Made by a program: the position numbers and the translations under genes | Source: an uncultured delta proteobacterium | GTDB taxonomy: Bacteria; Myxococcota_A; Polyangia; Palsa-1104 | DNA length: 64,000 bases | NCBI GenBank assembly: GCA_963785725.1 | Contig: CAWAWS010000039.1 | Coordinates: forward strand, 704,001-768,000 | Direction: 5' to 3' | Shown: positions 46,401-56,867 of the stretch, in pieces | Layout of the letters: every line of letters starts with the position of its first letter | Numbering within the stretch: the stretch's first letter is position 1 | The notes under the pieces: model-generated | What the model was told of the DNA's origin: nothing | The model's input: only the letters and a program-made list of their open reading frames with translations | Databases searched by the model: none

Positions 46401-48170
46401 TCAGGTGCGCGGGGGCGGCAGCGGCGTCGGCGTCAGTGTCGGCCTAGACCGCGCGTGCTCGGCCACCAGCGCCTCGATCGCGTCGGCGGTGTCGAGCGCC
46501 AAGGCGCGCTGGGCGAGCCGCTCCGCGTCGTCGAGGCGCGCGCTGCGGATGGCGCTCTTGACCTCGAGCAGCTGGGTGGGCGCGACGCTGAAGCGGCGCA
46601 AGCCGAGCCCCAGCAAGAGCGCGACGTTCTCGGCGAGCCCGGCCATCTCGCCGCAGATGGTGAGCTCGCGCCGCGCCGTTCGCGCGGCGTCGGTGACGGT
46701 GTGAATGAGCTGCAGCACCGACGGATGGAGCGGCTGGTAATAGCCGGCGACGCGCTCGTCTTCGCGGTCGATGGCCAGCAGATATTGCGTCAGATCGTTG
46801 GTGCCGAGGCTGAAGAAGTCGACCTCGCGGGCCAGCGCCGGCACCATCAACGCCGCCGACGGCACCTCGATCATCGCGCCCACCGGCGTGTCGCCGTCGA
46901 AGCGGAGGCCGCGCGCACGCAGCTCCGACTGCACGTCGCGAATGACGGCGCGCGTCCGCCGAATGTCCTCGACCCCGCCGACGACCGGCACGAGGATCGA
47001 CACCGGATGTTGCGCGCTGACGCGTAAGAAGGCGGCCAGCTGCGTGCGCAGAATCGCCGGATGCTCGAGCAGGAGCCGAATTCCGCGCTGCGACAGCGAC
47101 GGATTGCGCGCGTAGGGCAGCGGCAAGGTCGGCAGCTCCTTGTCGCCGCCGACGTCGAGCAGCCGCAGCGTCAGCGGACGCGGCGCGAAGCGGGCCGCCG
47201 CCCGCTCGAGGAATTCGTACTGCTCGTCCTCGGTCGGCAGGCTCGGGCGGATGAAGAAGCCGAACTCGGTACGATAGAGGCCGATGCCCTCGGCGTGATA
47301 GCGGACGGCGGCCTCGGTGTCGGCGAAGGCGTTGACGTTGGCGAGCAAGGGCACGCGGACGCCGTCGGCAGTCACGCTCGGCAGGTCGAGGATCTGCTGC
47401 AGCTCGTGCTGATGGGCGCGAATGCTCGCTTCGACGCGTTCGTACTCGCGCGCGATCGTGGCGTCGGGGTTGACGACGACGAGGCCGGCGATGCCGTCGA
47501 CGATCACCGAGTCGCCGGTCTTGATCTGCTCGGTGGCGCCGATGATGCCGGCGACGGCCGTGAGCCCGCGCGCGCGCGCCAGGATCGACGCGTGCGACGA
47601 GCGGCCGCCGCGCTCGGTGACCAGCCCGCGCACGCGGTCGAGCTCGAGGCGCGCGCTCACCGACGGCAGCAGCTCGTCGGCGATGAGCACCGCGCCTTCG
47701 GGGATGACCGACTCGCCGCTCGATTGGCCGACGACGAGCACCGTCAACAGCCGCTTGCCGATGTCGCGGATGTCGGCGGCGCGCTCGCGCAGCACCGGGT
47801 CGGCGAAGCCGGTGAACGTGAGCGTCAGCTCGTCGAGCGCCTCCGTCAGCGCGGCCTCGAGGTTCAGCCGCTGCTCGCGCACGCGGGCGCGCACCGGATC
47901 GACGAGCTGCGAGCTGCGCACGAGCAGCGCCTGCGCGGCGAAGATCTCCGCCTCCAACGGCAGCCGGTCGATCAGCGAGCGTCGTAGCTCCGCCAGCTCG
48001 GCCTCGGCGCGCTCCAACGCCGCGTCGAACCGCGCCAGCTCGCCCGCGATCTCGTCGTCGCCGATCTCGCGACGCGGGACGGCGTGATGGTGCGACGCGA
48101 CGAGCACGAACGCGGTGCCGCGCGCCACGCCCGGCGAAACAGCGACCCCTTTGAGCAGCAGACCGGGCAT
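46401..48170 (-). CDS. ptsI: Phosphoenolpyruvate-protein phosphotransferase (PTS enzyme I)
   Basis: GVAVSPG, GGRSSHASILAR, GIGLYRTEF, DVGGDK, MIEVP, GTNDLTQY and CGEMA. Confidence 0.92.
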   Translation of the reverse strand: MPGLLLKGVAVSPGVARGTAFVLVASHHHAVPRREIGDDEIAGELARFDAALERAEAELAELRRSLIDRLPLEAEIFAAQALLVRSSQLVDPVRARVREQRLNLEAALTEALDELTLTFTGFADPVLRERAADIRDIGKRLLTVLVVGQSSGESVIPEGAVLIADELLPSVSARLELDRVRGLVTERGGRSSHASILARARGLTAVAGIIGATEQIKTGDSVIVDGIAGLVVVNPDATIAREYERVEASIRAHQHELQQILDLPSVTADGVRVPLLANVNAFADTEAAVRYHAEGIGLYRTEFGFFIRPSLPTEDEQYEFLERAAARFAPRPLTLRLLDVGGDKELPTLPLPYARNPSLSQRGIRLLLEHPAILRTQLAAFLRVSAQHPVSILVPVVGGVEDIRRTRAVIRDVQSELRARGLRFDGDTPVGAMIEVPSAALMVPALAREVDFFSLGTNDLTQYLLAIDREDERVAGYYQPLHPSVLQLIHTVTDAARTARRELTICGEMAGLAENVALLLGLGLRRFSVAPTQLLEVKSAIRSARLDDAERLAQRALALDTADAIEALVAEHARSRPTLTPTPLPPPRT

Positions 48171-48277
48171 GTCGACTGTCGATTGTCCCCGCTTTGGCGC
48201 GCTTGACAAGCCGCGCTCACCCGACCGTCGCGACGTCGCCGGCCGACGCGCCCGGCCGCGCGCGATGTTGGTTTCCT

Positions 48278-48304
48278 TTACAACGTACATCTTACGTCGT
48301 ACAT
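48278..48304. promoter_or_regulatory. Tandem operator sites, probably for the adjacent TetR
   Basis: TTACAACGTACAT-C-TTACGTCGTACAT; each unit has a TAC-N3-GTA palindrome. Confidence 0.55.
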
Positions 48305-48314
48305 TTTTCGAGTC

Positions 48315-48974
48315 GTGCCCCGTCATGCCTTGGTCGATGAGGAGATCGCCGCGTTCCGGCGGCGCGCCGTCGAGGCGGCGATGCACCTGTTCGCCGAGCA
48401 GGGTTACGCCGCGGTGACGATGCGCAGCCTCGGCGCCGCCCTCGGCGTCAGCGCCATGACCACCTACCGCTACATCTCCAGCAAAGACGAGCTGTTCGTG
48501 CTGGTCCGCGCCGAGGCCTTCCGGCGCTTCGCCGACGCGCTGGTGGCCGCGCTCGCCGCCGCGCCCTCCGACGACGCGGTCGGCAGGCTGTTCGCGCTCA
48601 AGCGCGCCTACGTCGCGTTCGCCATCGCGCAGCCCGACGCCTACCGCAGCATGTTCGAGCTGCGCGGCGGCCAGCCGGCCAAGGGCCCGGCGCGCGACGA
48701 GCTGGCGGCGCAGAGTCGGCGCGCGTTCGCCTGCCTGCACGGCTGCGTCGTCGACGCCGTCGCGCGCGGCTATCTGCAGGGCGACCCGCTGACGCATGCG
48801 CACCTGTTCTGGGCCAGCACGCATGGGCTGGTGTCGCTGCATCTCGCCGGTCAGCTCTCGCGGGAGCGGCTGCAAGTCTTGGCGCGCGAGCTGTGGGAGC
48901 TCGGCGCCTCGCTCGCGACCCTGCCGCGCCAACGCCAGCGTCAGCCTCGGAAACGCCAGCGGAGGATACGATGA
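48315..48974 (+). CDS. TetR family regulator (WHG-type C-terminus)
   Basis: HTH VTMRSLGAALGVSAMTTYRY..SKDEL and W..THG. Confidence 0.9.
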   Translation: MPRHALVDEEIAAFRRRAVEAAMHLFAEQGYAAVTMRSLGAALGVSAMTTYRYISSKDELFVLVRAEAFRRFADALVAALAAAPSDDAVGRLFALKRAYVAFAIAQPDAYRSMFELRGGQPAKGPARDELAAQSRRAFACLHGCVVDAVARGYLQGDPLTHAHLFWASTHGLVSLHLAGQLSRERLQVLARELWELGASLATLPRQRQRQPRKRQRRIR

Positions 48975-50587
48975 AGCTCGGACGCTCTTACAAGCAACAC
49001 GGCATCCCCGATCCCGGCGCCGGCGGCTGGTACGCCATCGTCATCGGCTCGGGCATGGGCGGCCTCGCGTGCGCGGCGATGCTCGCGCGCCACGCCCGTC
49101 AGCGCGTCCTCGTGCTCGAGCGTCATTACACCGCCGGCGGCTTCACGCACATGTTCCATCGCCCCGGCTACGAGTGGGACGTGGGCGTCCATTACATCGG
49201 CGAGGTGCATCGCCCCGGCTCGTTGCTGCGGCGCGTGTTCGATCACCTCAGCGACGGCGCGCTCGCCTGGGAAGATCTGGGCGAGGTCTACGATCAGATC
49301 ATCATCGGCAACGACAGCTACGACTTCGTGCGCGGCCGCGAGGGCTTCCGCGCCGCCCTGAAGGCGCACTTCCCCGCGCAGCGCGACGCCATCGATCGCT
49401 ATATCGATCTGGTGCGCGCCGCCGTCCGCTCGAGCCAGCGGTTCTTCGTCGAGAAGGCGCTGCCGCCGACGCTGGCACGCTTCGTCGGCGGCTACCTGCG
49501 CGGCGCGGCCGAGCCGTTTGCGCGCGCCACGGTGCGCGACGTGCTCACGCAGCTGACGCCCGACGCGCGGCTGCGCGGCGTGCTGGCCGGGCAGTGGGGC
49601 GACTACGGCCTGCCGCCGGCGCAGGCGAGCTTCTTCATGCACGCGCTGCTCGTGGGCCACTACTTCAACGGCGGCGCCTATCCGGTCGGTGGCTCGACGC
49701 AGATCGCGGCCACGATCTTGCCCGGCATCGAGCGGGCGGGCGGCGCCGTGGTCACGTCGGCCGAGGTCGCGCGCGTGCTCATCGAGCGCGGGCGCGCCGT
49801 CGGCGTGCGGCTCGCGTCGGGCGAGGAGATCCGCGCGCGCCGTGTGATCAGCGACGCCGGCCGCGCGCTCACGTTCGGCCGCCTGCTCGCGCCCGAAGAG
49901 GCGCGCGCGGCCGGTCAGCCGCCGACGCTGCTCGGCGTGGCGCCGTCGGGCGGCCATCTGTCGCTCTACGTCGGGCTGAAGCAGAGCGCGGCGGCGCTGG
50001 GGCTGAAGCGGCCGAACCAGTGGGTCTATCCCGATCACGATCACGACCTCAACGTCGCGCGCTACCTCGCCGATCCGGAGGCGCCGCTGCCGGTCGCCTA
50101 CCTCTCGTTCCCGTCGGCCAAAGATCCCGACTTCGAGCGGCGCCATCCCGGTCGCGCCACCATCGACGTCATCGGCCTCGTTCCCTGGCAGCGGTTCGCG
50201 CAGTGGGATGGCTCGTCGTGGAAGCGGCGCGGCGCCGACTACGAGTCGCTGAAGGCGCAGCTGTCGACGCGGCTGATGGACGCGCTCCTGTCGCGCTGCC
50301 CGCAGATCGCCGGCCACGTCGACCACGCGGAGCTGTCCACGCCGCTGTCCACCAAGCACTTCTCGGGACATCCCGAGGGCGAGCTTTACGGGCTGGCGCA
50401 CTCGCCGGCGCGCTTCGCCACGCGACAGCTGCGCGTCCACACCGGCGTCAAGGGCCTCTACCTCACGGGCGCCGACGTGTGCACCGCCGGCGTCGGCGGC
50501 GCGCTGATGGGCGGCCTCATCACCGCCAGCACCGTCGCCAAGCGCAACATGGTGGGCGCGGTGCTGGCGCGGACCAACGCCGCTTGA
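48971..50587 (+). CDS. FAD-dependent phytoene-desaturase/retinol-saturase-like oxidoreductase
   Basis: IVIGSGMGG, WDVGVHYIG, YPVGGS, STPLS and LYLTGAD. Confidence 0.88.
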   Translation: MKLGRSYKQHGIPDPGAGGWYAIVIGSGMGGLACAAMLARHARQRVLVLERHYTAGGFTHMFHRPGYEWDVGVHYIGEVHRPGSLLRRVFDHLSDGALAWEDLGEVYDQIIIGNDSYDFVRGREGFRAALKAHFPAQRDAIDRYIDLVRAAVRSSQRFFVEKALPPTLARFVGGYLRGAAEPFARATVRDVLTQLTPDARLRGVLAGQWGDYGLPPAQASFFMHALLVGHYFNGGAYPVGGSTQIAATILPGIERAGGAVVTSAEVARVLIERGRAVGVRLASGEEIRARRVISDAGRALTFGRLLAPEEARAAGQPPTLLGVAPSGGHLSLYVGLKQSAAALGLKRPNQWVYPDHDHDLNVARYLADPEAPLPVAYLSFPSAKDPDFERRHPGRATIDVIGLVPWQRFAQWDGSSWKRRGADYESLKAQLSTRLMDALLSRCPQIAGHVDHAELSTPLSTKHFSGHPEGELYGLAHSPARFATRQLRVHTGVKGLYLTGADVCTAGVGGALMGGLITASTVAKRNMVGAVLARTNAA

Positions 50588-50643
50588 TCGTGCGAGCATG
50601 ACGGCAAACGACCGGCTTACGAAACCTGCGGCGAGGCATCCAC

Positions 50644-51447
50644 ATGAGTGAACGAGTACGCGTCAGCAGCGAAGGCAACCTGGCCTATCTGACCCTCACG
50701 CGACCCGACAAGCACAACGGCATGGACGGCGAGATGCTGGCGGCGGTGGTGGCGGCGCAGGCCGACATCCGCAAGCTGCGCGACGTGCGCGCGCTCGTCA
50801 TCCACGGCGACGGACCGTCGTTCTGCGCCGGGCTCGACTTCAAGAGCGTGCTCGCCGACAAGCTCACCTTCACGCGCATGTACATGGAGCTCTGGACGGG
50901 GCGCAAGAACCTGTTTCAGAAGTGGAGCATGGGCTTTCGCGACCTCGGCATTCCGGTGATCGCCGCCGTGCACGGCAACTGCTTCGGCGCCGGCATTCAG
51001 CTCGCGCTCGGCGCCGACATCCGCGTGGCCACGCCCGACGCGCAGATCTCGGTCATGGAGTCGAAGTGGGGCCTCATCCCCGATATGGGCGGCATCACGC
51101 TCTTGCGCGAGCTGGTGCGCATCGACGTCGCCAAGGAGCTGGCCATGACCGGACGCGTCTTGAGCGGCACCGAGGCGCACGCGCTCGGCCTGGTCACACA
51201 CGTCAGCGCCGATCCGATGGCGCACGCGCGGGCGCTGGCGGCCGAGATCGTGGCGCGCTCGCCCGACGCCGTGGCCGCCGCCAAGCTGGCGCTGCAAGAG
51301 GCGTGGCTCGGCAGCGAGGACGACGCGCTGAGCTCGGAGCGACGCTGGCAGCGGCGCCTCATCGGCTTCAAGAACCAGCGCATCGCCGTCAAGCGCAACC
51401 AGAAGAAGCAGGATCTTCCTTACGTGTCGCGCCGGCTCGGCGACTGA
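50644..51447 (+). CDS. Crotonase/enoyl-CoA hydratase family protein
   Basis: FCAGLD, PVIAAVHG.CFGAG and MESKWGLIPDMG. Confidence 0.92.
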   Translation: MSERVRVSSEGNLAYLTLTRPDKHNGMDGEMLAAVVAAQADIRKLRDVRALVIHGDGPSFCAGLDFKSVLADKLTFTRMYMELWTGRKNLFQKWSMGFRDLGIPVIAAVHGNCFGAGIQLALGADIRVATPDAQISVMESKWGLIPDMGGITLLRELVRIDVAKELAMTGRVLSGTEAHALGLVTHVSADPMAHARALAAEIVARSPDAVAAAKLALQEAWLGSEDDALSSERRWQRRLIGFKNQRIAVKRNQKKQDLPYVSRRLGD

Positions 51448-51544
51448 CGCTCGGCGCCGTCGCGGCGGCGCGGCTGTCCGCGCATTTCGGTAACAAGATC
51501 TTTCCCAGCCGCGGCGCCGCCGTCGTGTCCTGCGCCGACTGGCT

Positions 51545-52792
51545 CTAATCCCGCCGCGACCAGCGCACGAAGACGACGCCGCCGAGCGCGCAGGCGACAC
51601 CGCCGACGACGAGCGGAAGCCGCGGGTCGAAGGCGGTCGCGGCCCAGCCGGCGAGGATCGAGCCCAGCGGCGAGAAGCCCATCAGGATCATGACCCAGAT
51701 CGCCATGACCCGACCGCGTAGGGCGTCGGGCGTCAGCGCTTGCAAGAGGGCGTTGGTGGCCGTGACGTGCACGAGCGTCGCCGCCCCCAGCGGCAGCGCG
51801 AGCGCGATCGAGAGCCACGGCGTGTGGCACAGCGCGAAGACGGCGAGCGTCACGCCGTTGATGGCGCAGGCGCCGCCGATCGCGACGTAGGTCTCGCGCG
51901 CGCCCCGGCTCTCGCGTCCGCCGAGCGCGCCTCGCTGCGCCGCGAAGACGAGCCCTGCGACGAGCGCGCCGACGCCCTGCGCGCCCATGAGCCAGCCGAG
52001 CGTCTCGGCGTCGCCGTGCAGGATCGTCGCAGCGAAGACGGGCATCAGCGTCGCGGCCGGGAGGCTCATCGCGGCGACGAGCGCCAGCAGCGACAAGAGG
52101 GCGCGCACGCGCGGCTCGCCGGCCACGAACCGAAAGCCTTCGAGGAGGCGCGCGCGCATCGACTCTCGCGGCCGGCTGGCCGTCGGGGCGGGCAGGTCGC
52201 GCATGGCGAGCAGGCCGGCGATGACGGCCAGGAAGCTCACGCCGTTGACGAGGAAGCACCAGCCTTCGCCGAGCGCCTTGATGGCCAGCCCAGCGATCGC
52301 CGGGCCGATGACGGCGGCGCCCGTCACCATCGACGAGTTGAGGCCGACGGCGCTGGCCAGGCTCTCGCGCCCGACCAGCTCGATGACGAACGATTGCCGC
52401 GTCGGGCTGTCGACGGCGTTGATGACGCCGAGCAGCGTCGCCAGCAGGAGGACGTGGGCGACCTCGACGCTTCCGCTCAGCGTGAGGGCGGCGAGCGCGA
52501 ACGCCAGCGCCATCGCCGCCGACTGAGTGACGAGGAGGATGCTGCGTCGCCGATGGCGATCGGCGATCAAGCCGCCGAACGTGGCGAGAAAAAAGACCGG
52601 CGCTTGCTGGCAAAACGTCGCCACGCCGAGCCACAGCGCCGAGCCGGTGAGCCGGTAGACGAGCCAGGTCTGCGCCACCGACTGCGTCCAGGTGCCGAGG
52701 AGCGAGACGAGCTGGCCGGCGACGAACAGCCGATAATTTCGGCGCTCGAGCGCGCGCGACACGCCCGCCCATCTGCTGGTGGCTTCGTCCAT
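51545..52792 (-). CDS. MFS transporter (MFS_3 type)
   Basis: RNYRLF..GQLVS..GTW.Q, GG.IADR and PTRQSF; start uncertain. Confidence 0.88.
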   Translation of the reverse strand: MDEATSRWAGVSRALERRNYRLFVAGQLVSLLGTWTQSVAQTWLVYRLTGSALWLGVATFCQQAPVFFLATFGGLIADRHRRRSILLVTQSAAMALAFALAALTLSGSVEVAHVLLLATLLGVINAVDSPTRQSFVIELVGRESLASAVGLNSSMVTGAAVIGPAIAGLAIKALGEGWCFLVNGVSFLAVIAGLLAMRDLPAPTASRPRESMRARLLEGFRFVAGEPRVRALLSLLALVAAMSLPAATLMPVFAATILHGDAETLGWLMGAQGVGALVAGLVFAAQRGALGGRESRGARETYVAIGGACAINGVTLAVFALCHTPWLSIALALPLGAATLVHVTATNALLQALTPDALRGRVMAIWVMILMGFSPLGSILAGWAATAFDPRLPLVVGGVACALGGVVFVRWSRRD

Positions 52793-53030
52793 CTGCGCGG
52801 GCGCCGCAGCTACCTCTCGCGCGCCCCATGACAAACGTCAAGCACGAGCTGTCGGCCTGGTCGCGTTTGGCCGAAGCGCGCACCGCAGCGGAGGACCCGC
52901 AGGCTCACCGGCGGGCCAGGCCTCCGGGTTGGCGCATCACCGCGCCCGATCACGCGCGTCGTCGCCGGCTCGAGTCTCGCCGCCGCGATCGCGACAAGCC
53001 CGCGACGCCGTCGTCCGCGCGTCGTCTCGC

Positions 53031-54042
53031 CTAGCTTCGGAACACGAGCAGCGGCTTGCCGCCATGCGCCGGCGCTTCGGCGAGCGCGATGGCATCGGCG
53101 AACTGCTCGACCGCGATCGGCTGCCCTTCGGGGACGTCGAGCGTGCCACCGGCGACGAGATCGAAGGTCCGCTTGAGCGCCGCCTCGATCTGGTCCTGCG
53201 GCGTCGTCGCGAACCAGTGATAGAGCCAAAAGCCGCGAACGGTCTTGGTCTCGTAGATCAAGGACCGGGCGAACAGCGGGATCGTCAGCTTGTCGGCGTC
53301 GACCTGGCGATGCGTGGCCAGCGCGCCGTAGACGATCATCTCGCCGTCGGCGGTCAGCGAGCGGAACACATCGGCGCCCACCTGGCCGCTGACGGCGTCG
53401 ATGGCCTTGGAAACGCCCTCCTTGCCGGTCAGCGCCGCCACGCGTTGGCGCAGATCCTCGTCCTCGGTGCAGATCACCGCCGTGCCGCCCAGCGCCAAGA
53501 TCTCGGCGACCGCGGCACGACGGCGAACCACATTGAGCGTCTTGAAGCCGAAGTGGGAGCCGAGCTGAATGACCAGCTTTCCGACGGTCGAGCCGGCTGC
53601 CGTCTGCAACAGCCACTCGCCCGCGCGAACATCGAGCTCGTCCTTGACCAGGATGAGCGCGGTGAGCGGATTACTGACCAGCTGGGCGGCCGTCGATACG
53701 CTCATGGCCTCGGGCACGGCGAGCACGCGCGCGGCGTCCGCGATGATGTATTCCTGCCACGTGCCGGTCACCCCGAGCGTGATCACGCGCTGCCCCAAGG
53801 CCACGCCCTGAACGTCGCTCGCCGACTGCGTCGACCACGCCGACGGACTCCAGCCCGAGCACCGTTGGCAAGGTCGGCGCGAAGCCGTATCGACCGCGCA
53901 GGATGTGCAGATCGCTGGCGTGGACCGGCGCGGCCTCCACGCGCAGCCGGACTTGGCCTCGACCGGGCTGCGGCGTTGGCCGCGTCTCCAAATGCAGCAC
54001 CTCGACCGGTTCGCCGACCGCATGGGCAACGAGCGCTTGCAT
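53031..54042 (-). pseudogene. Frameshifted MDR family (quinone/enoyl reductase-like) oxidoreductase
   Basis: N-terminus (PVHASDL..RGRY..LGLESVG) and C-terminus (GTWQEY, NPLTA, TAAGSTVG) lie in different frames; junction ~53817. Confidence 0.8.
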
Positions 54043-54277
54043 GGTTGCATCTCCTCCATCTGGCGCCGAGCGTTCCGATTGCCTTGGTCACGCCAGCGCG
54101 GGCTGATCGTCTCGTGCCTTTCGATCATGCAAGAAGCGCGCATCGCGCAGCTCGCAGCAGCCGCGACCAGTCGTCGTCGGTTCTCGATTCTTGGTCATCG
54201 CAAGAGATCGAGGCGTCCTCGCGTTAGAAGACGCGCCTGACCGCGGCTCGGTCACGACCTGCGCGATAGCTCGCGGC

Positions 54278-54859
54278 TTAGGACGCGTAGCCCGACAGGC
54301 AGTATTCGGACGCCTGCGCGCCGCAGGGCATCGTCACGCCGTCGACCTTGACGCGGTGGAAGCGCGTCTCGCCTTGCAGCGTGCCGTGCGCGGTCTCCAC
54401 CTGCCAGCGGGTGGCGAAGCCGGGCAGCTGCCGCGCGTGCTGCTCGTCGGGCGACAGCGCGTAGTACAGCTGGATGGTGCGCGCGCTGCCGACCGGCACC
54501 GCGATGATCGGCCCGTTGGAGCCGAGCGCGCTCACCGTGAGCGCCGGCGCGCGCTCATCGCCGTCCGGCAGCACGATCGTCGTCTTGCGCGTGTCGACGA
54601 GCCAGGGAAGTATTCCGTCGTTCGCCACCGTCAGCGAGACTTGCAGCGCCTTGCCAGGCTGGTTGGCTTCCGCCGGGAGCGCGGTGATGCCCGACGAGCG
54701 CACGACCACCTGGCCGCGTGGCGCCTGGGCGGGAACGCGATAAGCAGCGACCTGCGGGTTGGCCGTGGTCGCAGCGGCCGACCGATAGGCGTAGTCCGAG
54801 CAGCCAATTGTCGCCAGCGCGCCGAACGTGAGGGTGATGTGTACCAATGCTCGCCACAT
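54278..54859 (-). CDS. Hypothetical lipoprotein
   Basis: Lipobox TIGC; AAAGGGG RBS. Confidence 0.65.
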   Translation of the reverse strand: MWRALVHITLTFGALATIGCSDYAYRSAAATTANPQVAAYRVPAQAPRGQVVVRSSGITALPAEANQPGKALQVSLTVANDGILPWLVDTRKTTIVLPDGDERAPALTVSALGSNGPIIAVPVGSARTIQLYYALSPDEQHARQLPGFATRWQVETAHGTLQGETRFHRVKVDGVTMPCGAQASEYCLSGYAS

Positions 54860-54885
54860 GATCAGCCCCTTTCGCCTAGATCATA

Positions 54886-54901
54886 TGCAATCGCGTGACC
54901 A
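54886..54901 (-). promoter_or_regulatory. Sigma54 -24/-12 promoter
   Basis: TGGTCACGCGATTGCA. Confidence 0.5.
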
Positions 54902-55052
54902 AAACGTTGCTGCGTTGTTGCAAAGCAACGCGCTTTCGCGGACGGCGCAAACCGATCGCCCGCCCGTTCATGTCAGCGACGGCAGAGCGGCCGCCGGCGC
55001 CACGAATGTCCGAGGCCTTGCTCGCTGAACGTCTTTACGTCTGTTGCGACGG

Positions 55053-56054
55053 CTAAGGGACGCGCGGCGACTGGGCGCTGACCACTTGTCGCAGCGGCGC
55101 CACCAGACCGCTTTGGCTGCCGTAGTCGCCGAAGCTGGCCACCAGCTCCTTGGCCTGCTGGACCGCGTCGGCGTGGGAATCGACGTCGCCGAGCGTGATG
55201 CGCGCATTACCGCCGAGAAGCTTGCTTTCGACGACGGGCGCCGAGGCGACGAAGTCGTCGATGATGATCGCCAGCTTGTGGCCGGTGACGCGCTCGCTGA
55301 CGTCAGCCAGCCGCTGGGCGCCGTCTTTGTCGAAGTGCACGCTCAGCTCGATCCGTCCGTCGCCGTCCACCGCCTCGACATCCGCGATCTGCGCCGCGCT
55401 CAGCTCCACGGTCCGAAAGACGTAATAGCTGCGCAGACCGCCACCCTGCACGCGGGGGCGCGCGCCGATGACGAGCTCATGCTCGTCGTCGGGCCGCAGC
55501 GTCGCCAGCGCCGCCTCGAGCGGTTGGCGATCGGTCGCCCACAGATAATCGTCGTGGTGCGGCAGTCCGCTGTCTCTCTCGGTCCACAGATCTTCGCCGG
55601 CGGCCACGCCCGGCTGCGGATGCCGGCCCAGCTCGACGCCGACGTACGCCATGAATCGCGTGCCGTCATCGACCACTTTGATGTCGAGGCGGCCGGGGCG
55701 TTGCAGCGCGGTCAGGATGCGCGGCAAGCCGGCCGCGGTCGTCGCCACGCGCACTCTCAGCTGCGCGCCCAACGTGTCGACGGTGGTTACTAACCCGAGA
55801 TCGCGCAGGCGCTGCCGCACCGTCTCGGCGTCGCGTCGCACCAGCTCCGCCTCGGTCAGCCCCGCCTGATAGGGGTGCGCGACATCGACCTGGAAGGTGA
55901 GCTCGACCTCGGGCGCGTTGCGCAGCAGCTGGAAGGCGCGAGCACGCACGTCGAAGCGCACCGCCAGAAACAGCAGCGTCGGGAAGATCAGCGCCATCGC
56001 CAGCCACAGCGGCCACAGCCGGCGCAGGTCGCTTCGCTTCTCGGGGGACGACAT
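55053..56054 (-). CDS. Stand-alone SecD/SecDF P1 (periplasmic head) domain protein
   Basis: One N-terminal TM; VRQRL..LG, FDKDGAQRLADVS..VTGHKLAIIIDD..ASAPVV and GG.ARIT; no C-terminal TM bundle. Confidence 0.75.
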   Translation of the reverse strand: MSSPEKRSDLRRLWPLWLAMALIFPTLLFLAVRFDVRARAFQLLRNAPEVELTFQVDVAHPYQAGLTEAELVRRDAETVRQRLRDLGLVTTVDTLGAQLRVRVATTAAGLPRILTALQRPGRLDIKVVDDGTRFMAYVGVELGRHPQPGVAAGEDLWTERDSGLPHHDDYLWATDRQPLEAALATLRPDDEHELVIGARPRVQGGGLRSYYVFRTVELSAAQIADVEAVDGDGRIELSVHFDKDGAQRLADVSERVTGHKLAIIIDDFVASAPVVESKLLGGNARITLGDVDSHADAVQQAKELVASFGDYGSQSGLVAPLRQVVSAQSPRVP

Positions 56055-56112
56055 GGCGGCAACCTAACACGCGACGCCGCCGCGCCTTGGTGACGCGCGT
56101 GGCGGCGTGTTC

Positions 56113-56724
56113 CTACTGCGGGAGCCTGGCCTTTCCGTTGGCCATGGCCCGCGCGGCCGGCGCCCACTCCGACGTCGGCGCCAGCTCGACGAAGCGCTTG
56201 GCGTGTGGCCGCGCCTTCTGCGCGACGCCGGCGCGGTCCCACGCCAGCGCCGCTCCCCAATGCGCGTCGGCGTTGCGCTCGACGATCGCCAGCGCCTTCT
56301 CGTAGAGCTCCGCCGCTTCGCGATACCTCGCCTGGGTCATGGCCACCGAACCGAGCCCGACGAACGCGGAGCTCGACTTCGGGTCGAGCTTCAGCGCCTC
56401 TTCGTACAGCTTGCGCGCCCCCGCGAGGTCGCCGACGCCGAACGCGCAGGCGGCGCGGCCGATTCGGCTGGCCGGGCTGTTGGGCTCGACCTTCTCCGCC
56501 TTCTGGTACAGCGCGAGGGCCCCGGCGAAGTCATGCTTGGCGAGGTGCTGCAAGGCCTCCTCGTAGAGCGCCTTGACCACCGTCGAATTTTCATTGTTGA
56601 CCGCGGTGTAACCGAGGTTGTCGCCGACCCCGATCACGGTCTCGGGGCTGCGGCCGCCCGATTGCGCGTGGGCCGTCGAGGCGAGGAGGAGAACGGCAGC
56701 GGCGACGATCGTGGAACCCGACAT
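56113..56724 (-). CDS. Exported TPR protein
   Basis: Signal peptide and 3-4 TPR units. Confidence 0.8.
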   Translation of the reverse strand: MSGSTIVAAAVLLLASTAHAQSGGRSPETVIGVGDNLGYTAVNNENSTVVKALYEEALQHLAKHDFAGALALYQKAEKVEPNSPASRIGRAACAFGVGDLAGARKLYEEALKLDPKSSSAFVGLGSVAMTQARYREAAELYEKALAIVERNADAHWGAALAWDRAGVAQKARPHAKRFVELAPTSEWAPAARAMANGKARLPQ

Positions 56725-56867
56725 GTCTCGGATGATATCGCATGGCGGTCGAAGGGCTGAATGGGATTCAGTCGGCCGCGTCGCCGCAGCCGCCGGCGGC
56801 GATGTCCGCTCACCAGACCGCCTAGCGGAGAAGATGAAAGCGCGTCACGTCGAAGGCTCCCGCGTCC

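Noticed and set aside
48171..48932. N-terminal extension of PTS enzyme I (843-aa ORF)
   Set aside because: Antisense to the TetR gene; enzyme I homology begins at 48170
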